From assembly GCA_043732185.1 (NCBI GenBank), contig JAYTHY010000075.1, positions 1-30,607 of the forward strand: a stretch of DNA of 30,607 nt, given 5' to 3'. The notes below the pieces were generated by a model, which was not told the origin of the DNA, made no database searches, and was given only the letters and a program-made list of their open reading frames with translations. Each line of letters starts with the position of its first letter. Positions within the stretch are counted from its first letter, which is position 1. This document shows positions 9,261-17,939 of this stretch, piece by piece. The position numbers were made by a program, and so were the translations under genes. Source of the DNA: Fibrobacteria bacterium. Lineage in GTDB: Bacteria; Fibrobacterota; Fibrobacteria; UBA11236.

Positions 9261-10037
9261 TTAGAACCTTAGGTTGATGGCTTGAAACATCAGGCGATCC
9301 CCGTCGGAGGGACTTCGCGTCCACCCAAAACGAGGCGGCAAAAAGTGTAACCCGGTTTGGCCGCCGATGGTTCCTTCCTTCTTACGGTCGTTGAACATGC
9401 GTGATACATTGAAACCCAGCACACCACCCAGGGAGGGCACTGCGAGCAAGGGTATGAACGGTGCAATACCTATTTCATCTTTAACACCCATCCAAGAGGC
9501 GAGCGCTAATGCACCGGATGTGGTCACTGCCGTGCCGAGAATGGTTGGCCAGAATCCGCCGTCTTCCTCATCGGTTTGACCTACAAAATAGGTGGTTAGT
9601 GCGGAACCCAGTAGAATGCCAGCTGAACCTCCCCAAAAAGCCCCGAAATAGTTGTCATAGCGAATTCCGGTAAAGGTCAGCGTACCTTTTCGTGCCTTAG
9701 AAGAGTAAATGGCGGATTCGATGCCGCTACCGATATAAAAACCAAGTGCCCCGGCAACTACGGAACCGGCCATTCCAAAACCGTATTCCCTTCCGAGCAA
9801 GGGTGGATCCCTAAAGATGCGGAAATCCTGAGGCTGCCGTACAGGCTCCTGTGCCACAGTATCCGTCAATGCCACAACAGTTCTTGTACTGGCTGCCGGC
9901 TTTTCAGGTGCAGCGGCGACAGAGTCCACGACAGTCGTGGCTGTATCCGTCGTCGGTGGGGAGCTTGGTGTGGCTCCCCAGCAGGTTACCGATAATACGC
10001 TAAAATAAACAACTAAGGCTTGACACGATTTCCCCAT
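9261..10037 (-). CDS. Hypothetical membrane/exported protein with glycine-rich hydrophobic helices
   Basis: Signal-like N-terminus, Thr/Ala/Pro linker, four Gly-rich hydrophobic segments, C-terminal Phe; GGAAGGA before ATG 10037 (ORF track starts 10073). Confidence 0.7.
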   Translation of the reverse strand: MGKSCQALVVYFSVLSVTCWGATPSSPPTTDTATTVVDSVAAAPEKPAASTRTVVALTDTVAQEPVRQPQDFRIFRDPPLLGREYGFGMAGSVVAGALGFYIGSGIESAIYSSKARKGTLTFTGIRYDNYFGAFWGGSAGILLGSALTTYFVGQTDEEDGGFWPTILGTAVTTSGALALASWMGVKDEIGIAPFIPLLAVPSLGGVLGFNVSRMFNDRKKEGTIGGQTGLHFLPPRFGWTRSPSDGDRLMFQAINLRF

Positions 10038-10140
10038 GGTTCCTTCCCGGCTGTTACGCCCCGGATACGACATATTAAACTCAAACCCATAAATTACATG
10101 GATCAGGAGCGGGCAAAGATAGTAAACAGTTTTTTTCGGC

Positions 10141-10172
10141 CCATTTTAGAACCAGTAGCACCATTTTAGAAC
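10141..10172 (+). repeat. Perfect 12-bp direct repeat CCATTTTAGAAC x2, 20-bp period; candidate activator binding site
   Basis: Copies at 10141-10152 and 10161-10172 in a divergent intergenic region. Confidence 0.65.
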
Positions 10173-10256
10173 GGTGTCCTCGTGAGCGTGCAGGCGCCTC
10201 AACCTTAATGTTTGATAATTTTCCAAAAACAGAACGCCGATTGGCGAATTTTATTT

Positions 10257-10272
10257 TGGCATGGTGGTTGCG
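10257..10272 (+). promoter_or_regulatory. Candidate sigma54 (-24/-12) promoter
   Basis: TGGCATGGTGGTTGCG matches TGGCAC-N5-TTGC with exact GG-N10-GC spacing, about 15 nt before ATG 10287. Confidence 0.6.
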
Positions 10273-10286
10273 GTACTCATCCCATT

Positions 10287-10676
10287 ATGGTACAAAAACA
10301 ATTGACGTGGCCGGCTGAACTGACCTTATCCCTTATCGGCGGAAAATGGAAAGGGCTTATTCTCCATAGACTTCTTCAGGGGGAATCCAAACGCTTTGGC
10401 GAATTGAAGCGCGTACTCCCCGGAATTTCAGCCAAAATGCTGACCAAGCATTTAAAAGAGCTGGAACTCGAAGGCTTGATAACTCGTTGGGAAACCGGGG
10501 GAGAACACTCTCGCATTTTGTACATGCCGACTTCCCGTTGCCAATCCCTGCTGCCGATCCTGACAGCCATGCTTCAATGGGGCAAGGAACAGCTGGATAT
10601 TTATGCAGCCAAACCTGAAATGCCTACTGAGGAATCAGAGGAGAAAATGAACTATTCTCATACCTCTGCTCTTTAA
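10287..10676 (+). CDS. HxlR/DUF24-family winged-helix transcriptional regulator
   Basis: Motifs LIGGKWKGLIL, RFGELKR.LPGISAKMLTKHLKELE..GLI.R, L.PIL..M.QWG. ATG 10287 gives a family-typical length (ORF track starts 10212). Confidence 0.9.
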   Translation: MVQKQLTWPAELTLSLIGGKWKGLILHRLLQGESKRFGELKRVLPGISAKMLTKHLKELELEGLITRWETGGEHSRILYMPTSRCQSLLPILTAMLQWGKEQLDIYAAKPEMPTEESEEKMNYSHTSAL

Positions 10677-11109
10677 GAGCTGCTACAAGGTCCTCCCTTT
10701 TCATTTCTTCCTTAATGCAAAGCGCCAAATAGAATTCCTGTTGGAGGGGGTCTTTGCATTTATCCAAAATGGTCACATGGCAATTCCAAGGAATACCACG
10801 AAGCTTAGGCAAAAGCGTAGCTCGCTCAAAATAATTTAAATAGAAAGCCCGCATCATTTGTAAGTCGGTAGGTAAAAGGCCTTTAGCCCCGATGAATTCC
10901 AAACGTAACTTGGCTGAAACAGTTTCAATTACTTTGGGAACAGCAATTCCATGGAAGTGCATCATGGCCAAAATGTGGCCTACATCCCAGCACAGCGACA
11001 CCCATTCTTCCGAATTGATGAAAGCCTTGCCATCGCGTTGAGCTGCGCGTAGGTGAACGCGTATGGTGTCGTGGAGCCATTGAATGGCGGTATCTTCAGC
11101 GGATTGCAT
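10624..11109 (-). CDS. DUF1016/YhcG N-terminal-domain protein, with no nuclease domain
   Basis: Pattern W.VG.IL, VIE.VS.KL..EF...KG....L.MMRAFY, IPW..H..IL.KCKD....EFY, L...RYE resembles the YhcG N-domain; AAGG before ATG. Confidence 0.7.
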   Translation of the reverse strand: MQSAEDTAIQWLHDTIRVHLRAAQRDGKAFINSEEWVSLCWDVGHILAMMHFHGIAVPKVIETVSAKLRLEFIGAKGLLPTDLQMMRAFYLNYFERATLLPKLRGIPWNCHVTILDKCKDPLQQEFYLALCIKEEMKREDLVAALKEQRYENSSFSPLIPQ

Positions 11110-11399
11110 GCCTTAATTTTCGTGAATCGTTATTTTAGGTACAAATGTAACTCAGTTTTGGGTCAATTTCTGACCTCGGTGCGATATTACTTCTTTTCCG
11201 AAGCCGATTCCAACAAGATTTGATTTTTTTTGTCGTTTCCCATGGCCTAAAATTCCTGCAATTGCCTTAAAAATTCATGCTCCCTCCTGCCGTTCACGGT
11301 GGCCGTCAACTGGCGCACCGTTTTACGTAAAAAAATGATTAATTCCTCGTGGACTATGGTAGACTCTAGGAACGATGTACCAGAAACGGGGGATCGAAA

Positions 11400-11525
11400 A
11401 TGCTTACTGAACAAGTGCAAATGGGCTTATCTGTTTTCAGCGGGATGATTTTCTTCGTTTGGATCCTTCCGGGCCTAGTGTGTCGCCGAGGCAAATTCCC
11501 GGAAGACCGCCCAGCACTGAAATAA
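11400..11525 (+). CDS. Putative 41-aa small membrane protein
   Basis: Manual translation MLTEQVQMGLSVFSGMIFFVWILPGLVCRRGKFPEDRPALK*; GGGGGA upstream; one hydrophobic helix followed by basic residues; ends just before the WG-repeat gene. Confidence 0.45.
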   Translation: MLTEQVQMGLSVFSGMIFFVWILPGLVCRRGKFPEDRPALK

Positions 11526-11532
11526 ATGGATT

Positions 11533-12783
11533 TTGAAAAATGGCATTGGAATGCGCCGCCATACGTACCAGTTTTGGAATGCACTGCGATTCAGTAACCC
11601 AGTTATAACGACTCTCACCCGAAGTGCCTTAGCCCTGGCCCTAATTCTTGGGTCGCTATGGATTCCGATTAAACTTGCCCCCTTCTGGAATCACTTTCGT
11701 GAGACGGTCCGTTTTACGGTTGGCATTAAGCCGCAGCCAGGAATGGAATCAAGCGCCCGACCCAAATTAACCTTCACCTGGGCTGGCGAATTCCACCAAG
11801 GGTTAGCTGCCGTTTCCAATCATGGGAAATTCGGGTATATCGACACCAGCGGCGCCCTAAAAATACCCCTTGAGTTTGAATTTGCCGGGGCCTTTGGTCA
11901 AAACCGGGCGCCAGTACAGATAGCGGGTAAATGGGGTTACACGGATGCTACGGGTAAGCTGTGCATACCGGCGGCCTTCAATTGGGCTGGGACATTTTAT
12001 GAGGGCCGGGCTTTGATTGCGGACTCTTCCGGATACACTTTCATAGACTCTTCTGGAGCCATTGTGGGCGCAAGCGCCACAGAAAGATTTGACGAAGCTG
12101 GGCCCTTTTCGGAAGGTTGGGCGCCGGTCAAAATTGGTGAGGAAGACGAAGGTGCCTGGGGATTTGTACGGAAGGATGGAAAGCAAAGTATACCCAGTCT
12201 CTTCCCCGGTATCAAAGGCGGATTTTCAGAAGGCTTAGCGGCAGTATGTGTCGGCATTGAAACCTCGTATCGTGTGGGATACATCGACACCACGGGTGGA
12301 TTTGCCATCGACACTCTTTTCGACGCAGGTGAGGATTTTTCAGAAGGCCTTGCTGCGGTGGGAATTGGACAAAGGCGGCGTCAGGGTTTTCAAGGAAACT
12401 GGGGATACGCAGACGTTACCGGCAAACTGTGCATACCCCAGCAATACACTTGGGCAGGACCGTTTATCAAGGGTCGGGCGCTGGTTCACTCGGCGAAAAC
12501 CGGCTGGATGTTTATCGACCGTCAGGGACGGACGCTGGTGGCCTTTCCTCGGCAAATAATGCTGCTACCTCAGTTGAGTTCAACTCTATTTGCATTTCGT
12601 TCGGGGAAATGCATCGGCTTCATGGATGAAAAAGGAAAGCAGGTTATCACCCCGGATTTTTTACAAGCGGGACGCTTTCAAAATGGGTTGGCACCTGTTC
12701 AGCCAAATAATGGGTCTGGACTATGGTCTTACATCAATGAAAATGGTGTTTACCTTGAATTGGCCGTGAACGCCGGCCACTAA
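11533..12783 (+). CDS. WG-repeat (WG_beta_rep) protein with N-terminal membrane anchor
   Basis: About 9 repeats of F.EG.A.V....(W)G(Y/F)ID..G; hydrophobic ALALALILGSLWIPI. Start may be ATG 11551. Confidence 0.88.
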   Translation: MKNGIGMRRHTYQFWNALRFSNPVITTLTRSALALALILGSLWIPIKLAPFWNHFRETVRFTVGIKPQPGMESSARPKLTFTWAGEFHQGLAAVSNHGKFGYIDTSGALKIPLEFEFAGAFGQNRAPVQIAGKWGYTDATGKLCIPAAFNWAGTFYEGRALIADSSGYTFIDSSGAIVGASATERFDEAGPFSEGWAPVKIGEEDEGAWGFVRKDGKQSIPSLFPGIKGGFSEGLAAVCVGIETSYRVGYIDTTGGFAIDTLFDAGEDFSEGLAAVGIGQRRRQGFQGNWGYADVTGKLCIPQQYTWAGPFIKGRALVHSAKTGWMFIDRQGRTLVAFPRQIMLLPQLSSTLFAFRSGKCIGFMDEKGKQVITPDFLQAGRFQNGLAPVQPNNGSGLWSYINENGVYLELAVNAGH

Positions 12784-14999
12784 TCGAATCCACCAACTTG
12801 AATCGGTCCAAGTCCAAGTACGCCCTCCACCCTACCCGCAGCCAAAGCCAATCGGCCCATGATGCGAAAATAAAAAGCATAGCATCGACCTAAAACCTCT
12901 TCTGCGGCCAAATGATAGCCAGAATAGTCTTCCTGAGAAGGAAGGCTACAGATGGCGTATCCGGCCAAACCCAGCCCGCCGGAATGAAGTCCAAAGGGAT
13001 ATTCGGTTTCTCCTAAACCTTCTTTGATGTCATCCAGGTTTTTGTGAATGGCAAGAGTATGCGCGTTAAGTTGCTGTTGCAGATCCCGGGTAGTTTCACT
13101 ATCCGTCAAGTTTTCCAGGAGAATACCCATTGCATGGACATTGCGACGAAGTGATTCCAGCTCCTGTTGAACTTTTCTCATGGCTTCCAAACTAGGTAGC
13201 AGACGTGAGACTTCCCGTGAACTGGCAAAGGCATCTTTTAAATGTGCGCCTACTTCAGGATCGGAAAGCAAGCCTAGCGCGGATACCATCCGGATGTGCA
13301 TGGCAGATTCGAATTCCGTCAACTGCGCCGATATCTCCTTTTGTTCCGCTTCTGCCTCATGGGCAAGTATTTCAGCTGCAGGAATGCCTCCCTTCGGAAG
13401 TTGAAAATCTTCCGGTTCAATCCAAAAATTAGCGCGAAGCAAGGATAAAGCCTGAATGGCGTCCAGTTCTTTGGCATCGGCGACGGAAAAAGCATGGTAT
13501 AGCGTACGAGCTGTGCCAGCCCATTTTTCAATTGTCTCACGAGCCTGATTCAATTTTATGCGCAATGCGTTGCCGGACGGTAAACCTTGCAATGCACCAG
13601 TCACCAGCCAAAATGGTCGAAGGTTGGTTAGAAAGCCCAGAAAATAGCCGGTAAGCGCTGCCTCTCCAACTTGAATTTCACTTTGCCCGGTAACCAAGTC
13701 GGATGTGGAAATCATGCGTGCGGGATTAAAATCCTGGCCGAGGTCCTGGCGATAAAATATTTCACTGGCTTGTTTGGAAAGCAAGGGAAAATCGTTGAAC
13801 AGAGTATGGGCTTGGCCCACTGCATGAAACATCCCACGCAGGGTGTGTTGACGTGCACGTTGCACTCTTTTGGAAAGACTGGGATGGGTATCAAACCACA
13901 CGGCTTTTTCTTGCATCAAACTGCGTTCCATTTTACGGCGCACTTCGGGAATAAATACTCTGGTGTGCGCCGCTACCAACGCCGGCAAATCATCTGCGAG
14001 CCGGCCTTCGCGTAAAGCCATCCCTAAACTTCTATTGGCCAGCGTCCATGCCGATTCAATCACCTTGGCTTCCAAAACCATGCTGGAAAACGTCTCGCCC
14101 CCCACCATCCGTACCGCAGCCCAGTCCGCCTTATATTCCATCTGCCTTAGTAGAATGCAGCTAATGATCTGGCCTACTTGAGCATGAAACTTGAAAATTG
14201 CTCTTACGCCTATGGAACATATTTTTGCGCTCCAACCCGGTAAAAAAAGCAATGGATCGATACGATGACTTTTTTTCTCCAGGAATTTTTCCCAATCGCC
14301 TTCTTGAGTCGATGCTCTCTGAAACCAGTGGATGAGCGTGCGCATGCCGTGCACCAATCGCATGGCCGAACCTTGTTGAAAATGCCCAAGTTCATGGGCC
14401 AACACACCGGCAAATTGCCCCAGGTCAAGCCCACGGACCAGTGGCAATCCAAGTACCAATTCCAATTGGCCGCCCCAAAAATTCCTGATCCCCGGCGCGA
14501 ATCGAACGCTAGCATTCACATCCATGTTAACCTGAATGCACCTAGGTGTTTTTGCGCCAATCGCATTACAGATTTGTTCTATAAAGGAATATAATCGGGG
14601 TTCTGCATGCGGCATCAATGCCAGATCGAGATCTGATTTATGTAATGAGGACAGTAAAGGTCGAATTAAAAACCAGCTGACCAGGCCCAGAATCACTCCT
14701 AGCGATATATAGGCAGCGGCCATTGGCAAACTGGCCCCAGTTCCGTTGATCCATCCAACATGCCCGATAAGATGTGCAACTAATGACCAAAGCATTAGGC
14801 TGACAACACTAAAATAGGTTACTGGCAATAGCAGCAAGCCAAATCCGACACAGACAATCCCCACAGCATAGGTAACAGAAACGCGTCCAGGCCATTGGTA
14901 GTGTGTCCGCGTAGCCCGTTTGGTATGGCTCTTAGGCAACAAGGATACGGGTCGCATTAACCTAGTGTATGGGCTTTTTGAATTTTCTTCAATGTCCAT
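12780..14999 (-). CDS. M48-family (HtpX/Ste24-like) membrane zinc metallopeptidase with long helical C-terminal extension
   Basis: N-terminal TM helices; motifs DVNA, LVLGLPL, AHELGH (HExxH), EYKAD, FDTHP...R. Confidence 0.88.
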   Translation of the reverse strand: MDIEENSKSPYTRLMRPVSLLPKSHTKRATRTHYQWPGRVSVTYAVGIVCVGFGLLLLPVTYFSVVSLMLWSLVAHLIGHVGWINGTGASLPMAAAYISLGVILGLVSWFLIRPLLSSLHKSDLDLALMPHAEPRLYSFIEQICNAIGAKTPRCIQVNMDVNASVRFAPGIRNFWGGQLELVLGLPLVRGLDLGQFAGVLAHELGHFQQGSAMRLVHGMRTLIHWFQRASTQEGDWEKFLEKKSHRIDPLLFLPGWSAKICSIGVRAIFKFHAQVGQIISCILLRQMEYKADWAAVRMVGGETFSSMVLEAKVIESAWTLANRSLGMALREGRLADDLPALVAAHTRVFIPEVRRKMERSLMQEKAVWFDTHPSLSKRVQRARQHTLRGMFHAVGQAHTLFNDFPLLSKQASEIFYRQDLGQDFNPARMISTSDLVTGQSEIQVGEAALTGYFLGFLTNLRPFWLVTGALQGLPSGNALRIKLNQARETIEKWAGTARTLYHAFSVADAKELDAIQALSLLRANFWIEPEDFQLPKGGIPAAEILAHEAEAEQKEISAQLTEFESAMHIRMVSALGLLSDPEVGAHLKDAFASSREVSRLLPSLEAMRKVQQELESLRRNVHAMGILLENLTDSETTRDLQQQLNAHTLAIHKNLDDIKEGLGETEYPFGLHSGGLGLAGYAICSLPSQEDYSGYHLAAEEVLGRCYAFYFRIMGRLALAAGRVEGVLGLGPIQVGGFD

Positions 15000-15056
15000 T
15001 CCACTCGGTTTTTCGCCGACCTACCGCCATAAACCCAAAAACCAGCCAATACCATG

Positions 15057-15086
15057 TTGCAACTATGTCGGCAGTGGGGGTACAAT
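15057..15086 (+). promoter_or_regulatory. Candidate sigma70 promoter for the GAF gene
   Basis: TTGCAA (15057-15062), 18-nt spacer, TACAAT (15081-15086). Confidence 0.4.
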
Positions 15087-15149
15087 TAGGGACGGCAAAG
15101 GGAAACACGCCGGTAACCGCAACCTGCACGTCCCTACCCAATCGAGACT

Positions 15150-16988
15150 ATGTCAGAAACTCCAGAATCCAACAATCCGCATCCAACTGGAGTTCCACGC
15201 CAGATTGCCATAGTTGGATTGAATCGCGAAACAGCTACTTTGCTACCGAGTCTTCTGGAAGCCGAAGGTATTCAAGTTATCAAAGTGCTCAATCCGGATG
15301 TGGAAGACTTGAACAGGCTTACCCAGTATCCGCATCTCTCCATAATTATCGACACCACCCATAACGCCACCGTGGCCACCAAACTTAGAAAGCTACCCTT
15401 ACGAAAAGTGGAAGTCATCACCGGGCTAAGCGCGCGCATTCTGTTTTGCAGCATGCGAAAAAGTTCCGAAGAGGAAAAGGACAATGTCCTAAGAAGTCTG
15501 GAAGAAATTCGCGAAACTGTTTGCCTTACTAAAAACAAAGATGAAATCCTGAAAGTCATTTTAAATACTGCCGTCCGAACCGCAGGGGCGGATTGCGGAT
15601 CGATCATGCTGCTCGATCCCACCAAGCGGCACTTGACTATAGAAGCCGCATATGGGCTTCAGGAAAATGTTGTGGCCTCTTCCATCCAGCGTGTCGGCAA
15701 AGGTATTTCCGGCATGGCCGTGCGTGGCGGAAAACCGATATTGATTCAAGGAAGCGTGGATAGGATTGCCTATGGCACCGATTATCAAAAACCGGACATT
15801 GTCTCCTCCATTTGTTGCCCGCTTCTATTCGGTAATGAACCGGTGGGTGTGATTAATATTTCCAGTAAAAACCCAGCCCGAGTTTTTAATAATGCCGATG
15901 AAGATTTTCTAGTTAAACTTTCCCAACTCACTGCAGAAGTGATCATAACCTCGCGTGATAACGCCTCCAATCTGCAATCCACCTACGTACTAGGCCTTTT
16001 GAACAATGTGCGTGAAATTTTCTCCATGAAATACCGTTTCGAAGAGCGCTTAAACCTGCTCTTGATGAAAATGGCTAATGCTTTTGAGGCCAAGGAATGC
16101 ACGTACTATGAATTCAATCCACTTGACCGGGGATTTATGGCCAAGGCATCCAGTTCCATCGGCATGAGTGTGCTCAAGGAACGCCCCATGCGATTGGACG
16201 ACACCTTCGCTCAGCGCGTACTGAAAACGAGCAATACTATTTGTGTCAACGCCGCTGGAACAACCCACCGGAGTAAAAAATGGTGCTTGCTGCAACCCAT
16301 CCGGATTGGGACTGGCCAGGATCTGGTAGGCACCATTTTCATTTACCTCCAATCAGAAAAAAACCATCTCAAGGAGGAAAGCGTCCTACTCCGGAAAATC
16401 GGAGACATGCTGGCCCGAGAGCTTTCCAAAAATAGGGATATGGAAGCCCTCAAAGTGCAATCTCTCAAATACTCGGCCATTTCGCAATTTTCCTTCGATA
16501 TCGCCAATGCCAAAAGCCTCCCCGACCTGACTAAAATGATCCTGTCCAACGTGCGGCTCATTCTGGAATCGGAAACCTGTATATTGCGCCTGCGCAATTC
16601 TCCCACGGAAGCCCTGGAAGTTTTCGAATCGCTGTCGCATAAAAATGCAACGGCACTCAAGGATATCCTGCTTCTGGATGAATGCATTTCCGCCAGCATA
16701 CTCCCGGGCAAAGGAGCCATGCTGATTCCCGATCTCAACCACTCTGAATATGAAACTGGCAGCCATGCTGCAGAATCCATGTTGTCCGTTGCCATCGAGA
16801 TCCAGGGCGAAGTATTGGGTACGCTTTCCCTTTATGACAAAAAATCCATGGATCAATCCTATGGCACGGAATTTTCGGAAGAGGATAAGGAAATCCTGCT
16901 CAACTTTGGATTACAAGTCTGCAAAGGGCTAAAGCGCTTTTTGCCCTTTCAGACGCCTGCACCAAAAGAATCGCCAGTTTCTGGCTAA
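15150..16988 (+). CDS. Multi-GAF-domain sensor protein with N-terminal Rossmann-like segment; no output domain
   Basis: GAF1 is clear (ADCGSIMLLD, GKGISG, SSICCPL...VGVINISSK...F...DE); two further GAF-like units (e.g. SMLSVAI...VLGTLSLYDK...FSEEDKE). N-terminus reads IAIVG...IIIDTT. Confidence 0.82.
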   Translation: MSETPESNNPHPTGVPRQIAIVGLNRETATLLPSLLEAEGIQVIKVLNPDVEDLNRLTQYPHLSIIIDTTHNATVATKLRKLPLRKVEVITGLSARILFCSMRKSSEEEKDNVLRSLEEIRETVCLTKNKDEILKVILNTAVRTAGADCGSIMLLDPTKRHLTIEAAYGLQENVVASSIQRVGKGISGMAVRGGKPILIQGSVDRIAYGTDYQKPDIVSSICCPLLFGNEPVGVINISSKNPARVFNNADEDFLVKLSQLTAEVIITSRDNASNLQSTYVLGLLNNVREIFSMKYRFEERLNLLLMKMANAFEAKECTYYEFNPLDRGFMAKASSSIGMSVLKERPMRLDDTFAQRVLKTSNTICVNAAGTTHRSKKWCLLQPIRIGTGQDLVGTIFIYLQSEKNHLKEESVLLRKIGDMLARELSKNRDMEALKVQSLKYSAISQFSFDIANAKSLPDLTKMILSNVRLILESETCILRLRNSPTEALEVFESLSHKNATALKDILLLDECISASILPGKGAMLIPDLNHSEYETGSHAAESMLSVAIEIQGEVLGTLSLYDKKSMDQSYGTEFSEEDKEILLNFGLQVCKGLKRFLPFQTPAPKESPVSG

Positions 16989-17027
16989 TACGCTTAGGTC
17001 AAAAAACCAAACGCACCGTTCACATCC

Positions 17028-17046
17028 GGCAACACTTAATGTTGCC
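17028..17046. promoter_or_regulatory. Perfect inverted repeat GGCAACA-N5-TGTTGCC; candidate operator
   Basis: ggcaacacttaatgttgcc, about 54 nt before the TIGR02147 start; no U-tract follows. Confidence 0.55.
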
Positions 17047-17099
17047 AACCCATCCCCAAATCGGTAGTAATCCATTACTTTAAGGCTTAAGAGCAAGCC

Positions 17100-17939
17100 A
17101 TGAGTCTACCAGACGTCCTTCAATATTCCGATTATCGAGTTTTCCTCAAGGAATTCTACGACACTCATAAAGCCGTAAACGCCAATTTTTCCTACCGCTA
17201 TCTTTCCCTGAAGGCGGGCATCAATTCTTCCGCGTTCTATAAATACATCATTGAAGGCAAACGCAACCTCACCAAAACCACCCTTCTTAAAACCTGCTTG
17301 GCCTTGAAACTCAAGGACCAGGAAGCGGAGTACTTTGAGAATCTGGTTTTTTTCAACCAAGCTAAAACCATCAAGGAGAAAAATCTTTACTTCGATAAAT
17401 TGACCAAGCTGCGGGGAATTTACGACCAACGTAAAGTTGCGCAAAACCAATTTGCCTTTTATGAGGAATGGTATCATAGCGCTATCCGGGAAATGCTGGA
17501 ATGCATGGCATTCACCGGTGACTTTACCCGCTTGGCGAGAAGCCTCACTCCAGCGATTTCATCCAAACAGGCCGAAGAGTCGCTGGCACTGCTGGTTCGG
17601 TTGGGCATGGTGAAAAAAAATGCCCAAGGCCGTTGGCGACAAAGCGACTCGGTGCTAACGACGGGCGGACAAATCGATGCCAATGTCGTGGTAGAATTCC
17701 AGAAAAAAATGTTGAAGCTGGCATTGGAAGCCTTTGACAAAACCAAACCCGAAAAAAGACTGATGTCCTCGACCACCTTTGCCGTATCCGGGGATACTTT
17801 GGATTTGTTCAAGAAAAAAATCCGTCAGTTGAAGTCGGAGTTATTGGAATTGGCCAGACTCGACGGCAACGCCTCCCAGGTTTTCCAACTCAATTTAAAT
17901 CTATTCCCGCTATCCATAGAAAAGGGCAGGAAATCATGA
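17100..17939 (+). CDS. TIGR02147-family protein (N-terminal HTH-like region plus DUF4423), putative DNA-binding regulator
   Basis: Family pattern Y.DYR.FLK.FY, FSYR, GKRNL, YFENLV.FNQAK, FY..WY.SAIRE, L.P.IS, SL.LL..LG, R.MSS.T, VFQLN.NLFPLS; 279 aa. Confidence 0.9.
   Translation: MSLPDVLQYSDYRVFLKEFYDTHKAVNANFSYRYLSLKAGINSSAFYKYIIEGKRNLTKTTLLKTCLALKLKDQEAEYFENLVFFNQAKTIKEKNLYFDKLTKLRGIYDQRKVAQNQFAFYEEWYHSAIREMLECMAFTGDFTRLARSLTPAISSKQAEESLALLVRLGMVKKNAQGRWRQSDSVLTTGGQIDANVVVEFQKKMLKLALEAFDKTKPEKRLMSSTTFAVSGDTLDLFKKKIRQLKSELLELARLDGNASQVFQLNLNLFPLSIEKGRKS

Noticed and set aside
10624..11340. Mobile element or defence island around the DUF1016-like gene
   Set aside because: No integrase, transposase, terminal repeats or flanking tRNA seen.
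11541..11554. TGGCATTGGAATGC as a second sigma54 promoter
   Set aside because: GG-GC spacing is one base short of the strict requirement.
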